The position numbers and the translations under genes are program-made. Shown piece by piece: positions 62,801-64,000 of a DNA stretch of 64,000 bases. Source of the DNA: an uncultured delta proteobacterium (GTDB lineage Bacteria; Myxococcota; Myxococcia; Myxococcales; Myxococcaceae); assembly GCA_963713045.1 (NCBI GenBank), contig CAVQKE010000007.1, positions 64,001-128,000 of the forward strand, in the 5' to 3' direction. Numbering within the stretch: the stretch's first letter is position 1; every line of letters begins with the position of its first letter. The notes beneath the pieces were generated by a model. It saw only the letters and a list, made by a program, of their open reading frames with translations, made no database searches and had not been told where the DNA came from.

Positions 62801-64000
62801 CATGGCGTCAGCATCTTCGGCCGCGCGTCGGGCGGCAGAACGGAGTCCGGCGTCAGCGGGGGACAGGCGCAGCGCACGGGACAGCGCGGCGAAGGCCAGC
62901 TCGGGCTGACGCAGGTGGTGCAGGTGGACGTGCGCCGCCTGCTGAAGCGCCAGCACGCGCTCGGTGGGGTCCTTCGTCAGCTCGGCAACGACTTCCAGCA
63001 CGCCGACCAGCTTGCGATGTTCCTTGACGGCCTCGTAAGCCGGCACCAGGGCCCGAGCCGCCTCTTCCCGACGGGCGGGCTCTTCCAGGAGAACCTCCAG
63101 CGCAGCCAGGGCCTCAGCGTCGGTCGGTTTCCTGTGAAGGATGGTTGCGTACGTCTTGACGGCATCGGCACCGCTGGCCAAACGCACCTCCACGGTTTCT
63201 GCGGGCGGCGCCGCCTCGGGCTGCACCGGCGGGGCGGCAAGGGACGGCTGAGGGGATGGTAGCAGATGCGACCCGTCTGCTCCGGTATCCGGCGGCGCCA
63301 GCGCAAAAGGGACGGGGGTGGGGGGGCCGGGGCGGGAGGTCCAGACCTGCGCCTCCGGCGCGGCGTCCAGGGAGGCGCCCGCGGGAGGCAACAGCTGGAC
63401 GGACGGCGGACGTGGGCCTGGAGGGGAGGTGCGCTGTGGACTCACCACGTTGCGGCTCCAGGTCCGCAGCACGGCCGCTTCCCGGGAGCGGCCACTGGCC
63501 TCGAGGCGCTCGGCCAGCGAGGCGTAGGCCTGCAGCGCCTCGGTGGTGCCTCCACTTTCCAGAAGCAGCTCAGCCGCCAGGCTGACGGCGTCCGCCCGGG
63601 CCGGGTCCGCGGCGGTGGCCTGGCGGAAGTCCGCCAGCGCGCCCGGGGCATCGCGCAGGCGGCTGAGGCGGAGTGTGCCAGCCCGCACCCACAACTCCGC
63701 CTGCGCCGTCGGTTCGGGCACATCCCTCGCCATCTGCTCCAAGACCGTGGCGAAGCTGGCCCAATCCTCGGTGCGCTCGGCCATCCGCTCTAAAAAGCGC
63801 AGGCCGCCCGGCATGGCGGGCCACAGCACGAAGCAGCGGTCGAGGGCCTCCTTGACGCGGGCCGAGCCGCCCGGGTCGTACCAGGAGAAGAGGCGCGCCA
63901 CCGCCAGGGAAAGCTCCGCGGCCTGCACCGCTTCTTGCTCTGCCAAGGAGGCGGCCCACAGCGCTGCTGCTCGCTCCCGCCAGCCCGCGTCCAGGGCGGC
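53900..64000 (-). CDS. gltI: Giant TPR gliding motility protein GltI/AgmK (5' end outside window)
   Basis: Uninterrupted TPR-like ORF of more than 3300 aa, open to the window edge, directly upstream of gltJ as in the Myxococcus glt cluster. Confidence 0.85.
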   Translation of the reverse strand, partial: AALDAGWRERAAALWAASLAEQEAVQAAELSLAVARLFSWYDPGGSARVKEALDRCFVLWPAMPGGLRFLERMAERTEDWASFATVLEQMARDVPEPTAQAELWVRAGTLRLSRLRDAPGALADFRQATAADPARADAVSLAAELLLESGGTTEALQAYASLAERLEASGRSREAAVLRTWSRNVVSPQRTSPPGPRPPSVQLLPPAGASLDAAPEAQVWTSRPGPPTPVPFALAPPDTGADGSHLLPSPQPSLAAPPVQPEAAPPAETVEVRLASGADAVKTYATILHRKPTDAEALAALEVLLEEPARREEAARALVPAYEAVKEHRKLVGVLEVVAELTKDPTERVLALQQAAHVHLHHLRQPELAFAALSRALRLSPADAGLRSAARRAAEDADAMDGFATVLTELVGTADSAPVRAALLRELADVQEKKLDDRAGAVAHLEALLAIEPASVDALRALQRLHRAGEQWAGLAKVLDTLASVVKEPAERVALWREAALLQESKLADRETASVFWRRVAEADPLNREAVTALDRLYLELGKDEGLAFALELRRAQEGQSPQGREATFRLAQLRREKLRDTAGALQLLEAVLVEDPGHQPSRDLLEAWARSQEAEGATALEILDPVLARTGDHQRRVHIREARMADALTDEKVRLARELRGILERDLAAPDRAFEAAAEAFRTGVDRPAARADLERLARTSGSYEQLAQVYEALAAKLHEPEAVDVLRRAAELREHLGLSDFAIRDWQALLAAAPQDRQALDALGRLFELSRNAKELAEITLKKAKLAGAPAERRALLMRAGASLESAGEEARAIDAFKEALALDRGVDGLEALDRLYGKAKDLDAQGDILAQLVQATSGDVRRGYLLRRAQLLEKQGDLAPAVAGYAQLLDGAPSDPNAVAGLERLLASEAVRQEAARVLEKVYRSLNDARHLVDVLEIRIPVSNPTQRLALLEEVATLRESLGQKEFAFAARARILAEAPENPASREQLERLAAECGAFEELAAAYEDQLERGVTNATSTELWRRLAHLYSDRLERPELAVKAYEELSRREPKNLDVLAALARLHQRQHDWHALSGVMKRQVMADPSPARQMELLAELGTLAEESLADRQLAAQAYGEILARKPDDAAAIRALGKVLTESERWPELASLITREIELAQAGQRPEEMFDLMVRLGRLRLARLDDPRGALATFEDVLRQRQGHAGAIGALEEMARSQSPLRGEAAEALEPIFTAGGDHLRLVQVLEARAATEPKAEDRAALLRKVGKLYAGPMQNPELAFVAAARALRELPDEEPSLALAVGLAERAPAHEELAALLEEVLPRASSDAARIGITRALAQAQQSLGRTEEAVHAWERLLEAVPADAEALGGLERLHGQAGRPAEVLEVLRRQLAAAQDPGTKTALLLRMANLQDKTLQDPVGALATLRRLLELKPDDPEALERMDVLCTRTERWPEVADVLARRAATADGGAALQLKARLAEVRERRLLDKFGALELYRDVLTVEPRHALALPRVEELVQRDPQNKAAAEVLLDAYRAGGAGARLAQALEARVAVSPDPFERKALLVELATVRESAREMGPAFLALWRAFKEDPNDAALRERLDKLADISNSHEELAALYEEALPRIAEGAEAAQVSFRLGELFEQRLADPAKAIPSYERARTLDPSLAVPALQALVRLYAAISRPDRLAGALDELEKRTADPTEKVQLLLRLVQVAQVDLEDSPRAIDAGERVLALDPKNVLAARQLEPLYEASGRQDRLFATLRIQRDLAKGAERERILAKMVKVSAEGLSDLEASIELYSELHARNPRSDQAFTALEQALEKAERWEDLRALLVSRRAQVSEPLEQVHLDERVGTLLYRNLGRPEEAVAPLRLALERDARNRNALETLRDVLAELGRRDDLVVVLRRLIPLQDDAAGVKSIRLRMAEVLAEMQRREEALDAARRALEVEPHTIPELDRVRQVFVTLRAFGDAVRALELKADVYHRLEERDQVVATLFEMADLWTGPGGKPESAAPVLERLLDVDPANRTAYERLLALYAEVNDWRAHAQLVDRYLPNLVTDEEKTRALRDLGKVREQKLGQKDSAFLALCRALQLDPSDDALREDVERLAEETGSYEELAAVYEQVADELPRGPLVTRLYLVLARVQDKNLDDAGAAEAALRKILEFDPTNTSALDTLASTFARRGRHREYIVALEQKLEAAPSIEARKQILREISRTYVEQLSNIDEAASALTRALDLEPDTETLAELAKLYRDQHMWGDLAATLSRARDLAPSLEERARIQVEVAQVQERDIGDEEAAVEAYREALELDPQNREAVDALERLYTRLTRPADLLAVYERQLELTEDYRAKVHILFRSAAIWEDTYQNAANADACVEGILTLDPTNLQAIKTLERLRLAQGRWEDLVAVLERHIQLATEVQEQADLYVQVGDVFRDQLRRADRAVDAYQAALQVDPTHRPAMHALGLLYERSGNWPFALDVLHQESQLLGRSPEAVELFHRMGKINEDMLQDVGTAKGWYAEALRVNPDHVATLRALRGIHESEGDWNAYEAVLTAEARAAEDPAEKAQAELALARFYSERREDVAAATHWYEEATRHQPDLLDAALPLADLYIAREAWDRAEAMLEVVVRQLRTRAAAEPEGGADKELCRQVYRLGYVAEKLGQRDVALEHYEQAYQLDATYLPALEGYAHLLVQAQRHEQALKVLQTILIHHREDLTDLEVVEVYWQIGEVHTALNQPDRAQNNFEKALAIDPGHEPTLRALIALADANAQWERSVEYRHSLLQSLDGDAKAEAALELGKLARERLKDAHTAIDAYVQAHRLRPDDVDIMDALYMLYRETRQPQKAAEILERMLQTPAMQADPQRAKRVWYALGESYRDDVKDVARAVDAFNAALELDPRFVEAFGAIEQLLSSEKQWKSLEENYARMIQRLPKTDDTHAARMVLWRTLGDLYHQVLKQPQEALMAFQVAAAGLPDDATVQETYGDLLSKTPGSEDKAVAAYRRAISGTQNPRKVVSALAELAAKRKDYDGAWMAAQVVSGLLGDPGSAEKEILTKLGPYAKKREIPQRGLTERLWTGQLFHPKLRTPVAEIFGLLFQHAGHLFATSLSQVGINPKRHRIDVSTAPEYQIHHYRSVAKLLGMEAVELFSPFLIATRDKLAKRTSEPAPEPLVGIEICQTHPVSLKVGGRFFGELGKDSQRDTYALLGRTLAGLRPEVALAQRLLPEQLDAVFQAALALAGFSWRWTAPHAVIEAERQKLEPALPDSARVALARAAQEVLRRGNTDTLKEYLEGAELTGVRCALFVAGDVEPVKRLVQGETGSAFRIPGKTKIREVMAFAVSEDLATLRAAVGTAVEVPSRK

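Noticed and set aside
1..64000. CRISPR array, rRNA, prophage, or a tRNA 3'-end att duplication
   Set aside because: No spaced repeat array, rRNA-like tract, phage structural genes or second copy of the tRNA 3' end was seen by eye.

Overview
GC-rich myxobacterial (Myxococcota-like) chromosome segment. The assignment rests on the gliding-motility genes gltJ/agmX and gltI/agmK, a TIGR04552-like gene and ffh at the right end. The left ~30 kb is accessory DNA: a large HTH-Ser/Thr kinase-ATPase gene (missing from the ORF track), IS3, IS110 and group II intron remnants, a BtsS/BtsR-like two-component system with three LytTR boxes in front of a secreted beta-helix protein, MarR/LysR/HxlR modules (MarR and HxlR with visible operators), two probable selenoproteins (UGA at the redox-Cys position plus SECIS-like hairpins), fumC, malic enzyme and a methyltransferase resembling fungal sphingolipid C9-methyltransferase. 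The centre is a ~13 kb co-oriented run: 2-oxoacid:ferredoxin oxidoreductase alpha/beta, a ferritin-like diiron protein, then an 11-subunit complex I lacking nuoEFG (nuoA, fused nuoBC, D, H-N). Between tRNA-Leu(TAA) and ffh both flanks are partly duplicated around two different cargo genes. Several genes carry indel frameshifts that may be sequencing errors. All family assignments come from motif recognition by eye; no database searches were run.
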